Of a stretch of 60,781 nt of DNA, positions 1-12,100 are shown in pieces. This DNA comes from Parvularia atlantis (Eukaryota): the NCBI GenBank assembly GCA_943704415.1, contig CALSCO010001022.1, positions 1 to 60,781 on the forward strand, read 5' to 3'. The translations under genes and the position numbers were made by a program. The first letter of the stretch is position 1; the number at the start of each line of letters is the position of its first letter. Under the pieces are notes generated by a model. That model did not search any database. It was not told where the DNA came from and saw only the letters and a program-made list of their open reading frames with translations.

Positions 1-283
1 AACCCCTGAGGCTGCCTCGGGCCCGGAGAAAGGTGCCACCAAGGACGACTCGGCTCCACAGTGACACAAGGAGTTCAGTTTAGGTTTAAAATGGCACTTT
101 TGTAAGAGGCGTGAACTGGACCCGCTTTCTCGTCGCGATCTGGCATCTGGCATGGCGTGGCTCTGTGTCTGCGTCTCATCGATAACGTTTAGAAGCGTTC
201 GAGAAGAAGTTCTGGTGCATCTCGCACGCGTCGCACGCGCGCCGCACCCGCCGCACCCGCCGCACCCGCTGCAGATCTCCGCC

Positions 284-3200
284 ATGCTCGCCTCGGGCAT
301 GTCGGCGTCGCTCGCCTCGGGCATGTCGGCGTCGCTCGCCTCGGGCGGCGCGTCGACGGCGTCCGCCCCGCTGCTGGGCGCGGGCGCGTCCATGGGCGAG
401 GAGCCCGCGCCGCAACAGCAGCAGCCGCAGCAGCAGCCCGCACCGCAGCAGGCACCGCAGCAACAGCTAGAGGCCGACACGCCCAAGCGCTACCGCGACT
501 CGCCGCCGTACGAGCTGCCGACCGACCCCGCCGACCGCTCGCTCTTCCTGTTCGGCCCGCGCCACCCGCTGCGGCGCGGCCTGTACCACCTGCTGCGCCA
601 CCGGTGCGCGGCACGGCGCGGCCCGCGACGACTTGGCGCGGCTGACGCGGACGTGCGTCGCTGCGCAGGTACTACGTGCTCGCGCACCACCTGCTCACCA
701 CGGCCATCGTCGTCGTCTACGCCATCTTCCCCACGCACTGGTCGGCCTACCCCGCCGTCCTGCCGATCTACTCCACCGCGGGCGACAACGTGAACGGTGC
801 GCCGCGGGATGGGCGCGTGCTGCCGCCCCGTGTGTGCGCCTGACGCCACGCCTACAGCGCCCTTTGTTGTGCTGCCTGACGAAGAAGCGTTCGCTTACTT
901 CACCGACGTCAAGTACAAGATCCTCATTGCGCTCTACGCCGCCGTCTCGTGCGTGCGCCTGCGCAATGCGGACGTCTTGACGTTGACACCCGCGCGTTCC
1001 CGCCCGCCACACCAGCCTGCACTCGCTCGCGACCATCGTCGTGCGCGGCCTCATTGGCAGCCCGGACGCGTTCCTTCGACGCAAGTTTTGGCACAAGCTC
1101 GACGTGATCACGTTGCTGTCGTTCTGGGTCGCCGTGGGCCTGTGGGCGCGCGGCGTCGACAAGCTGCCGATCTTCCTGGCCATCGCGAGCCTGTACACCT
1201 TCCGCGTGCTCACGTTCTTCGATCCGATCAAGGAGCTTCTGTTTCTGCTCAAGCGGACCGCGCCGCTACTGCTCAACGGTGCGCATACTGCGCGCGCTGG
1301 GTCGACGCGCAGCCGTGCGGAATGTCAGACGGGGTCGTTGCAGTCGCGTTCTTCCTCCTGTTCTTCATGGCGCTGTTTGCACTGATCGGGCAGCGCGCCT
1401 TTTCCGGGTCGATGTCGCGCCAGTGCCTCGTCGACACCACGCCCGACTACACCGGCTCGTACCTGGACAACACGGTCACCCGTGCGTCGGGAGCGCAGGC
1501 CGTGTTGAGGCTTGTGCGCTGAGCCCACCCGTGCGCAGCGGCCCTGCCCGTGACCGCATGCGGCCAGTACATTAACCCGTTCACAAACGCCACCGTCGGC
1601 TCCAACATCAGCCCGGACTTTGCCTACAGCTCCACAACGGTCAACTTCCTGACCAACACGACGGTGTACCACGCCGTGGCCAAGGTGCGCCGCGCGCTTC
1701 GCCGTTCTGTCTGTGCACCAGATCACGCGAGCGTGCGCGCGTGCACAGGGCGTCAAGTGCCCCAGCGGTCTTGTCTGCGAGGTGCGTGCTGCGGCGGCGG
1801 CGCGCGGTCAAGGCTACGCCAGCTGACGTGCGCGAACGCAGCCTGCGCTCAGCTACTACAACGGCTTCCGCTCGTTCGACGACTTTGGCAGCGCGCTGCT
1901 CATCGTCATCGACACAGTGTCCACGTCGGGCTGGTCGCTGACGATGTACACGCTCAAGCAGGCCGAGTACTCGTACCTTGTCCCGTTCTACTTTGTGCTC
2001 CTGCTCGGTGCGCGCGGCGCAAGCCTCATTGTGTATGCGGCAGCGCGCTCACACGCGCTGCGCTCCGCAGTCTTTGTGGCGTTCATCCTCACACGCCTGT
2101 TCGTCGCCGTGCTCGCCGAGGCCATTGGCGAGGCGAAGCTGTTCAAGAATCCAGGCGCGGCGGCCGAAGTGTGCGTGGCCCGCACCGTGCACCGTCGGGA
2201 CTCGCTCGCAGGCTGATCCGTCGGTGCTGCGCAGCTACCGTCTCGTGCACGAATCGGAGGAGGGCGGCTGGGTGCTCGAGAAGCAGGTGCGCGCTCGCCT
2301 GCTGTGGCTTCGCGATGGTGCTCACAGCCGACATCGCGCCGCGCGGCACTCAGAACATCGGCAACCTGGACGCTGTGCAGAAAGAGGTGCGGCATGTGTA
2401 CCGGCGCTGTACGCCCAGATCTCACACGCGCTTGCCCAGGCTAAGAAGGTCTTCCTGTCCAAGGCGTACCGCTACATCGCCGCGGCGTTTGTGCTGGGCG
2501 ACGTGGTGGCGCAAGCCGCGCGCAGCTACGGCGACAGCCCGACCAAGCTGCGTCTTCTCGGTGCGCGTTGGGACCGTCGGTCTGTGCTCGCGCTGATGCG
2601 TCGACCGGTTCGCGCAGACAACATCGAGCTGGCCTTCACGCTCCTGTTCATGCTCGAGGTGCTCGTCAAGATGATGCTCCTGCGCGGCCACTTCTTCAAG
2701 TCCAAGCGTGCGTCTCGGAGTAGTGCTCTTGATGAGCTGACGGGGCGCGGCGCCAGGCAATCTGGTCGACCTGACGCTGGCGGTGATCACGTGCATCATC
2801 CAGATCCCTGCGATCCACGACTGGAAGGGCTACCGCTTCTTCACCGCGTTCCAGCTGATGCGCTTCTACCGTGTGCTCATCAGCGTGGGGTTCCTGCATG
2901 ACCTGCTGGTGCGCTGCGCTCGGTGCGGCGTTCGCCGACGTGGCTGATAGGACGCGCGTGCGCACGGTGCGGGTGTCCGCAGGTACGCCTGTCCAAGTCG
3001 GCCCTGGCCATTATCTACGTGCTCGCATTCTACTTCCTGTGGATGATGTGCATGTCGTTCTTCGCCATGAACTACTTTGGCGGGCAGTACACCTACGCTG
3101 AGTTCCTGGTGCGCCGACAAGGTGCGACGAGTGCGCGTGCTCACACACACACACACGCGCGCAGAACACGGACGGCTACAACGGCTTTGCGATCAACTAC

Positions 3201-6200
3201 TGGCTGCTCAACTACGGCCAGGGAAGCCCTTACCCGCCGCGGCACAACTTCAACACCTTTTTGCAGGCGTTCTTGAACCTCTTCCGAGTGCGTTGTTGTA
3301 CCGTCTCTGGCGTGCGGCCGTCCTGACTGACGCGCCCCGCGCAGGTGACCAGCGCCGACAATTGGGAGGACATCATGTACGACACAATGCAGTCGCAGTG
3401 GTGCGCGCCCTGCGTGCCAGCGCCTGCCCCTGCACGCGCCTCATCAAGCCTCGACCTGCCACCAGGAATGCGACCAACCCCGACTTTCCCGGCTACACGG
3501 CCATCTCGGTCATCGTCGCTGCCGTCTTCTTCTCGGGCTGGTGGCTGCTTTCGCGCCGTGCGTACTGCGTGCTCGCTGGTGTTGATGCAGCTGACCGCCG
3601 TGACCGGCCGCGCAGTCGTCTTGGTCAACTTTGTCGTCGCGTCCATCCTCAACAATTTTGACCTGGAGGACGACGAGAAGATGCAAAAGCAGCGCAAGAT
3701 GTACATCGAGCGCAGCAACAAACAGGGCGATCGCAGCAACGGGTGCGTCGCACGCTCATATGCCGCACAGGGCTGACGCGAGGCGCCGCCCAGCTCGCAC
3801 GACTACGTGCGCACGTGGTTTTGGCGCAAGCTGGTGCAGCAGACCAAGCGGCGTGCGCATGTCCGGGGCGTCCCGCTCGAGTGCGTTACGCCGGTGCACG
3901 CTCTGCCATCACGTCTTTGCTCACACACGCTTGCACTCGCCAGGTATGTCGCGCCGATGGATCAGGTGCAGCTTGAGACGTTTGTCAAGGGAAGTGACGG
4001 CGTGGCCGGCTCGTCAAGCGGCGGCGCGACCGTCAACACGTTCTCCACGGGCGACACGGACAGGTGCGCCGCGTTGCAAACCTGCACGGTGGGTCGCACT
4101 CATCGCTGCTGCTTCGCACGCACCCGCACCCGCACCGCCACAGCACGCTCGACGCGGCCGCAGCAGCCGCGGCGGTCCCACAGCAGCGCTTTGTGGATAA
4201 TCCGATCAAGTGGATGAACGAGCGCCTCATGGCCATGCAGAGCAAGGCGATGGAGCCCATCCTGACGGGCATGGAGGGCGCGCTCTGTGCCCTTTTTTTT
4301 TTTTAATTGGCCGGGTCTCACTCGCCGCATCCGTGCAGACGACTCGGCCGCGACGGCGCACAGCGGCGAGCGCATGGTCGCGCGTACGCGCACGGGTGCG
4401 CGTTTGGTGCGGTCTGCTGCTGCTGCCGCTCACGCCGCGCTGCAGGCGAGACGAAGGACTTTGCGCCGCGCCAGACCATCTACAAGCTCGAGGACGTGCA
4501 GTCGTTCTTCCGCAGCGAGATGCAGGCGCTGGATCACTTCCTGAAGAACGCGATCAAGGTGGCGTGGTGCACAGCGCCGCACGCAGCCGCCGCTGACGCG
4601 CGCGCGGCCGTCGCAGGGCACGGCCGGCGATGAGTTTGCGGCGCAGGAGCTCAAGGAGGAGAATCTGGAGCGCGAGGAGGCCGCGCCGCCGTACGACCTG
4701 TCGTTTGGTGCGTGCGTGGGCGCGCGCGCGCGCTCTCATCGGTGTCGTCACACGCAGGCTTCATGTCGCGCGAGCACCCCGTGCGCCGTTTCTGCCGCTT
4801 TATTGTCGGCTCGGACCAGCGCGACCGCCGCGAGCAACAGATGTGCGTCTGACGTTTGCGGTCTGTGTGTGTGTGTGTGTGTGTGTGCTGACCGTGCAAC
4901 GCCACAGGTACGACAGCCTCGCCTCGCGCCACGCGATCAAGGAGCGCATCCGCAAACCAATCTGGGACTATTTCATGATCGCTGTCATCCTTATCTCGAC
5001 CGCCTTCCTCGCGTCCGAGACGCCGCGCAACCTGCAGGTGCGCATCTCGCCGCGCTTGGACGGCGTGCACTGATCAAGGAGTGCGCGCCACACGGCACAG
5101 CTGAGCTCTTTCCAGCGCACGTTCTACCAGGACGCGGACTTTGTCTTCTTCGGCATCTTTGCGCTCGATGTCGTGCTGCGTCTCGTGGCCGACGGCGTCT
5201 ACCTCACGCCGCACGCCTACACGCTCAACCCGTGGAACATCTTCGACCTCGTGCTCATGCTTCTGCTGGCCGTCGACGTATTCTACTATCGCAACTCGAC
5301 CGAGTCGTCCGGTGTGCCGCCGCCGCCCGCGCACGCCGTGGCGGCACATTGATGCCGTGTCGGCTGCCGCGCGCAGGTGTCGCGCGCGCCTTCCGCGCCC
5401 TGCGCGGTCTCCGTCCGCTGCGCCTGATCAACCAGTTCGACGACATCAAGGCCATCTTTAACATCATCGTCCAGGGCTGGCGCTCGCTGGCCGAGGCGCT
5501 GGTCTTTGCGCTGCTCGTGTTCTTCCCGTTTGGCGTCTGGGGCGTCAACATCTGGGTTGGTGCGTGGGACAGAGGCGCCAGTTGCACGTCAGTCGCAGAC
5601 GCTGACCGACGACGGCGCGCACAGGCACCTTCTTCCAGTGCAACGATGGCAACGCGCTCGGTATCAACGACTGCGTCGGCGACTACTTTTTCACTTCGAC
5701 GGCCCCGCCGCTCAACTACACCTACATCGTCCCGCGCACGTGGTCGCGCCCATTCGGTTACAACTTTGACGATGTGGGGCGCTCGCTCTTGGCGCTGTTT
5801 GAGGACGTGTCGACCGAGGTGCGGCTCGACGGCGGTGTGCCCGGCCACCGCAGTGCCTGACCTGTCGCTGCACGCAGGGCTGGACCGGTCAGTTCTACTC
5901 GGCGCGCGACTTTTTCGGGTACGACCTGCAGCCGTACCCGGACAGCAGCCTGTACACCGCGCCGATCTTCTTCATCCCGTGGATGCTCGTGGGCTGGTGC
6001 GCCGGGCGGCGCTCTTGCTGGTGCGGGCCCTCTGACGTGCGGCGCAGGATTCTCGTCGTGGAGCTGTTTGTCGCGACCGTCGTCGACAACTTCCGCCGCC
6101 GCCTCAACATCAACCTGCTCACGTCGGACCAGCGCCGGTGGCGCGAGCTCACGCGCCAGGTGCGCATTGTGCGCTACGCCGATGCTGCGCTGACTGCGCG

Positions 6201-9060
6201 GGGCGTCTGCAGCTGATGGAGCTGCACCCGTCGACCGTGCCGCCGCGCCCGAGCAAGGCGCCGTGGCGCGCGGCCGTGTACGACATTGTGATGGACAAGC
6301 GCGGCCACTTTGCGACGTTCATCACCACGGTGATGCTCCTGCACCTGCTGCTGTTCATGACGTTCTTCTACCTCGAGCCCGTGGTCGCGCCGACCATGTT
6401 CACGGGCACGTCGTTCATGCACGCGCGCACACGCACGCGGCCACCCTGACCGCCGCCATGCACCACGCGCCGGCCCGGACCGCAGGCCAGACCATCATCG
6501 GCCTGATCTTTATCGTCATCTACATGATCGAACTCTCGCTCAAGGTGTTTGCGGTTGGCGCGCGCAACTTTTTCCTGTCACTGTGGAACTGGTGCGCTTC
6601 GTGGGGGTGCGATCGCGGTCTAGACTGACGCGCCGCATCGTCGCTGCGGCGCAGGTACGACGTTGTCGTCGTGTCGGCTGCACTCGTCTCGGGCATCATC
6701 GCCGTTTACCAAATCCTCAACAGGTCGTTCATCGACTACACGACTGACCAGGTGCGCCGCATGTGCGCCCAGTCCCGTCACGGTCGCGGGCTGAGCACGC
6801 GCGCCGTTGTCCAGCTGTCGAAGGTGCTCGTGCTGCTCATCCTGCTGCGCCTTGTGCAAAAGCTCGACAAGCTGCAGACGCTGTTCAAGACGCTGCTGTC
6901 GTCGTCGCGCGACATGTGCGTGTCTTGTGCCGCCGGTGCAGGGGCGACGTGTGCTGACCGACGCTGGCTGCGCGCGATCCAGTCTCAACATCTCGCTCTA
7001 CTGCGTGCTTGTCCTGATCTCGTTCGCGGTCATGACCACGCAGCTCTTTGGCCTCACACGCAACCTGATCGCGACCGACATCAACGCCAACTTCCACACG
7101 TTCTTCAACTCGATCGAGGTGCGCGCGCGCAGCGCGTGTGGTCGGCCCGCACTGCATGCGCCTGGCCTTACGCACACGCGACGTGCGGCGTTTTCTCCAG
7201 ATGCTTTTCCGCATGGCCACGGGCGAGAACTGGAACGACGTGATGCACAACGTCGCCATCGACTCGCAGCGCAACTGTGTCGTCACCAACAACGTCTACA
7301 CGTCAGACTGCGGCACGCCGTCGTGGGCATACGTCGTCTTCGTGGCGTGGTACATCCTTGCCGCGATGATCTCGCTCGACATGTTCCTGGCCGTTATCCT
7401 CGACAAGTTCTCGTACTGGTCGCAGGGTGTGTGCACGCTCGTCCATGCTCACCTCGTTTCTCCCCATGACGCCTCTTTGCTCCCACAGCCGACTCGCAGG
7501 AGGCGCGCATCGGCCGCAACGACATCCGCAACTTCAAGAGCGCCTGGCGCAAGTTTGATCCGACCACGAAGGGCGAGATCTCGGTCGACCACATCCACAA
7601 GTTTCTGCACAACCTACAGGAGGGTGCGCGCGCCGGGCGGGCAGGGCCGCGCGCGCGCGCGTGTGTGTGTGTGTGTGGTCTCACCGCGCTCACACACAGG
7701 ACCGTTCTACGTGCGCGTGTACGACCGCAAGGGCTTCGAGGCCCTGTTCACCGACCCGATCTTTCGCATCCGCGCGACGGCCTACTACCAGCCGCGCAAG
7801 GTTGGCAATATTTTCCGCCGGCAGGATCAGGACCGAAACCTGCGCGACCGCGACCGCCCGCGCACCTGGGACAGCAAGCGCGTGCGTTCTACGTGCGCGC
7901 GCGCACGCGTTGTCGGCTCGCTCAAGTGAGCGCGCAGCTCGAGCGTGCGCGCCAGATGTGGTCGGTCTTCAAGGGGCTGCTGTTGCTGCGCAGCGTTTCC
8001 GAGGCCGAGCTGATCTTCCGGCGCCGGTGCGACCAGCAGCCCGGGTACGACCGCGAGCAGTACCAGGAGGACGTGCTGAAGGAGGGAAACCTGATGTGCG
8101 CGCGGTATGACGGCCGGGACGCTGCTCACGTCACCCGCACACGCGCACACGCAGGCTGCTGAAGCAGCTCAACAACGCCCTGGCGCAGTACCACCCGCGC
8201 GAGAAGCTGCGGGCGCGTCGCGAGGAGCTCAACGGGGTGCGCGTGTCCTCACGCGCGCGCGCCAAGGCCACGCCCGCTCACGGCCGCGCGCAGATCTACC
8301 TAGAGATGCTCAACGCGGCCGACCCCGTCACGCGCACCTTGCGCTTCGAGGACGCGCTCAAGGTGCGCGTGTCTGCGCAGGCGACCGCACAAACGCACTG
8401 ACGCAGGTCGCTCGCGCCCCGCAGGTGCTGTCGTACCGCATCCCCGTCAAGAAGGGCTACGACCACCTAAGTCTGCGCGAGCGCGACATCCGGCTGTTTG
8501 TGCGCGAGCGCGTGGCGTCATACGTGACGATGGAGCGTGCGGCCGGTGCGCGTGCGCCGGTTCAGCGAGCGAGCGAGCGGCGCTGACGGACGCGGTCGTG
8601 CGACAGGGTATCTGTACAACCTGCAGCTGTCGGCGCAGCTGCACAAGATGGGCTTCCTGCACCGTGCGTTGTCGTGGCGTGGGCGTGCATGGGCGCGCGC
8701 GCACTCACCCTCCTTGCGCGCCGCGCAGAGGCCGACGGCGAGCCCGCCGTGACGGTCGAGGGCGCGCAGCCGCCCAGCGCGGGCAGCGGCAAGGTGCCCG
8801 TGGGGCTGGTGGCGGTGAGCGCGGCGGGCGGGAGCGGGGGCGGGAGCGGCTCGGACCTGCTCAAGCCGGGCAGCGCGGGCCTGCAGCGCCAGCGGTCGCT
8901 GTTCCGTGGCGGGCCGGCGGGCGGTGCGGGCAAGACGCCGATGGGGCCGCGGGTGTCGGCCGAGGCGCAGCAGTTGGAGGCGCAGCAGGTGCGGTCCGAG
9001 GCGCTGCGTGCGCTGCAGCAGAAGTCGTCGTGGCAGGCGGGGGTGTCGTCTGTGGACTAG
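284..9060 (+). CDS. Four-domain voltage-gated-superfamily cation channel, Cch1/NALCN type (multi-exon, >30 introns)
   Basis: Spliced translation gives four 6TM repeats with pore loops DTVSTSGW, RVTSADNW, DVSTEGW and MATGENW. DIII PRTWSRPFGYNFDDVGRSLLALFE and DIV TSDCGTPSWAYVVFVAWYILAAMISLDMFLAVILDKFSY resemble NALCN/Cch1. DIII S4 is RAFRALRGLRPLRLI. An EF-hand-like segment (AWRKFDPTTKGEI) follows DIV. Stop TAG at 9058-9060. Confidence 0.9.
287..345 (+). repeat. 24-nt coding tandem repeat (LASGMSAS, about 2.5 copies) in the channel N-terminus
   Basis: ctcgcctcgggcatgtcggcgtcg repeated in tandem. Confidence 0.85.
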
Positions 9061-9180
9061 CTTGCTGCCTGATGTGTGTACGTGCGCGCGCGGCCGAGCA
9101 AAACGCCCAGTGCGACTACTGATCGGGGCGTGGGCTCATGGGTTCATTCGCGCGCGGCGCGGCCGTTACAAATTCAAACG

Positions 9181-12100
9181 ATGGACACGCCGCCCGTGGC
9201 CTCTGCGCCCGCCGCGACGACGCCGACGACGGCGACGGCGGCAGCGACCGCCGTGACGACGACGACGACCGGCAAGCGCCGCAGCGGCGGCGGCGTGTGG
9301 TCGGCCGTGCGCACGTTCATCGCCCGCCGTGCGCCGCGCCGCCTGCGCGCGCTGCTGGCGGCCAGCACCGGCGGCGTCGCGGCGACCACGGGCGCGGCAG
9401 CAGCAGCGGCAGCAGCAGCGACGGCGACGGCGGCGCGTCCCGAGCACAAGTACCGCATCGACACGGGCGCGCCGTTCGCGCCGGGCGACGCCGCGGGCGA
9501 CGGCGACGCCGGGGACGACGACGCGCAGATCGGCGTGTGCGTGGCCGTGGTGCACGGGGGGCTGGGTGTGGGCGCGGTGGAGGCGTGGCCGTGGTGCGCG
9601 TGGTGTGCGTGGCCGTGGGGCGCGTGGCCGTGGCCGTGGTCCAGCACGTCAAGGCACGGCACTGAACAGCGCGCCGCACCCGCAGCGGCCAGGCCGGGAC
9701 CCGCGTCTACCGCGCCGTCGAGGCCGCGACCGGCCGCCGCGTGGCCATCAAGGCCGTCAGCAAGAAGGTCCTCACCAAGGCCAAGGTCCGTCGTTCTCAG
9801 CCGCGCGCAGTCAAGCACTCGCGCTCGTACTCGGACCACGCACTCGCACTCGCACTCGCACTCGCACTCGCACTTGCACGCACTGACACACTCACTCACG
9901 CACTCATGCAGATGGCAGACATCCGCCGCGAGGCACGCGTCATGGGCGACCTCGCTCGCCTCCCCGTCCCCGGCATCGTCCGCTTCTACGACTTTTTCGA
10001 GGTGCGCCGCCGCCCGCTGTCGCGCCCCGTCTAGGCTCACCATGCGGGCTGCCCTCCAGGACAAGGCCAACATGTACATCGTCATGGAGCTGTGCGTGCC
10101 ACTCTGTCCACGCCCGCACCAGGCCTCACGTCTCGTGCAGGATGGAGGGCGGCGAGCTGTTCGCGCAGATCGCCCAGCGCGGCTCGTTCACCGAGCAGGA
10201 CGCGTGCACCGTCGTCGTCCAGGTCGCCCACGCCCTACGCGGCCTGCACGACCACGGCTACATCCACCGCGACCTCAAGGTGCGCTGCGCCTCGTTCAAG
10301 CACCCGCCACTCACGCCCAGTCACGCGCGCGCCCAGCCCGAGAACTTGCTCTGCGCGCGCCCGGACGGTCTCGACGTGATCAAGCTGTGCGACTTTGGCA
10401 TGACCAAGAAGATCGACAACGGCACGGCTACGACGCCGTGCGGCACCGGTGCGCGCGCGACCGCTCGTGCAGCCTTCCACCCGCTCACACACAGGCGCGC
10501 TTGCGACCGCGCAGTGACCTACGTCGCGCCCGAGGTCATCATCATGAAGGGCGACGACGAGTCACAGCGCGGCTACGGGCGCAAGGCCGACGTCTGGTCG
10601 CTCGGCGTCATCCTCTACGTCCTGTGCGCACGCGCACGCGCTCTCTTTGCCATGCACCGCTCACGCACACGCACGTGCACACGCAGCCTCAGCGGACGCC
10701 CGCCGTTTTACGATGGTCTGTGCCCCCGCACGTGCGCAAAGGATGCGCCTGCTGACCCCCCACCCCGTTGCACCAGCCACGCCCAACGGCGTCCTCAACC
10801 GCATCCGCCGCGGCGACTACGAGTTTGCCGCGACCGAGTGGGCCTACGTGTCGCCGTCGGGTGCGAGAGCCGCGCGACCGCGCACAGGGGCAAGCGCACT
10901 GAAGCGCGCCCTCGTCCTGGCACAGCCAAGGACCTGATCGCACACTGCCTTGAGACCGACCCGGCCAAGCGCTTCGCGATCTCAGACGTGCTCGCGCACC
11001 GCTGGATCCACGTGCGCTTGTCTGCACGCCCTTAGACCGTGCAGCAGCAGCTGAATGGGTGAGCGCACGGCAGGAGGCGATGGCCGTGCCGCCAGCCATG
11101 TCGCCGCTGCTCCAGTCGCCGACGGCACTGCGCGACGCGTCACTTCCGATCAACGAGTTCTTCAAGCTGCTCATGCCGCGGCTCAAGTGCGTACGCGTAA
11201 CGCAGGCAACACCACTCGCACTGACGCGCACATACAGCATGCCGTCCTCCCCCAGCCCGGAGCCGGTACGCCTCGCCGTCAAGGGGCCAGCGCACGGCAA
11301 CAAAGAAAACCGCGCGCCGGCGGCCGGTGTCGCCGCCAGCGTGACCAAGCCCGCGCAGCCGCCCGGCCTTGGCTCGGACGGCATGCTCGCTGCTGCCGAT
11401 GAGCAGTTCTTCCGCTGGCGCCTGAGCGACGACCTCGTCTTTGAGGTGCCCGGCTACTACCGCGCGCTGCGCTCGCCCAAGTTTGGTGCGTGCCCCGCGC
11501 GACCCTCTTTGCTTTGACGGCCGGCTATGACACGTGCGCACGCAGGTCCCGGCGCCAACGTTGTCTCATGGTGCGTTTTTTGCGCCGCCTGCTGCGTGGC
11601 TCACCCGTGCGCCTCGGCGGCAGTGTGGCGTGGAACACCGACGTCAACGCAGACACGATGGTCCGCAAGTCACCGCGCGTGGCGGCCGACCGCGAGCAGT
11701 GCATCCGTCTGGTCAAGGAGATCACGATCCTGCGCGCGCTGCAGCACGAGAACGTGCGTGCTCGGTGCACACGCTACCTGCCCTGCCCTGCCAGCTCACG
11801 CGACCGTGCTTGCAGCTCCTCAACCTCATCGATGGCTTCGTCAGCCCGTCGGAAGACGTGTACCTCGTGAGCGAGCTGACCGACATGACCCTGCGCGATC
11901 TCCTACTCGAGCGGCCCACCGCGTGGGACCCGGAGGAGGTTCAGCTGACGGCCTTCTACCTGCTGCGCGGGCTCAACGTGCGCGCACACGCCCGGCCTGC
12001 GCTGCTTCGACGCTTGACGTGCTCGCGCGCGCTCGCACAGCACCTCCACGCGGCGGGGCTGATGCACCACGACCTCAAGCCCAGCGCGATCTTCGTCAAC

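Noticed and set aside
1..135. Possible structured ncRNA or telomerase-like template (tttaggttta, short complementary blocks)
   Set aside because: No snRNA, RNase P/MRP or telomere consensus. Positions 2-64 read as the open 3' end of an upstream gene (…KDDSAPQ*) followed by an AT-richer UTR.
4278..4338. Additional GC-AG intron in the channel gene
   Set aside because: An in-frame GT donor at 4287 works equally well and the region is not conserved enough to decide.
3240..5940. Mutually exclusive pore exons as in invertebrate NALCN
   Set aside because: Introns fall in the DII and DIII pore loops, but no duplicated pore exon is present.
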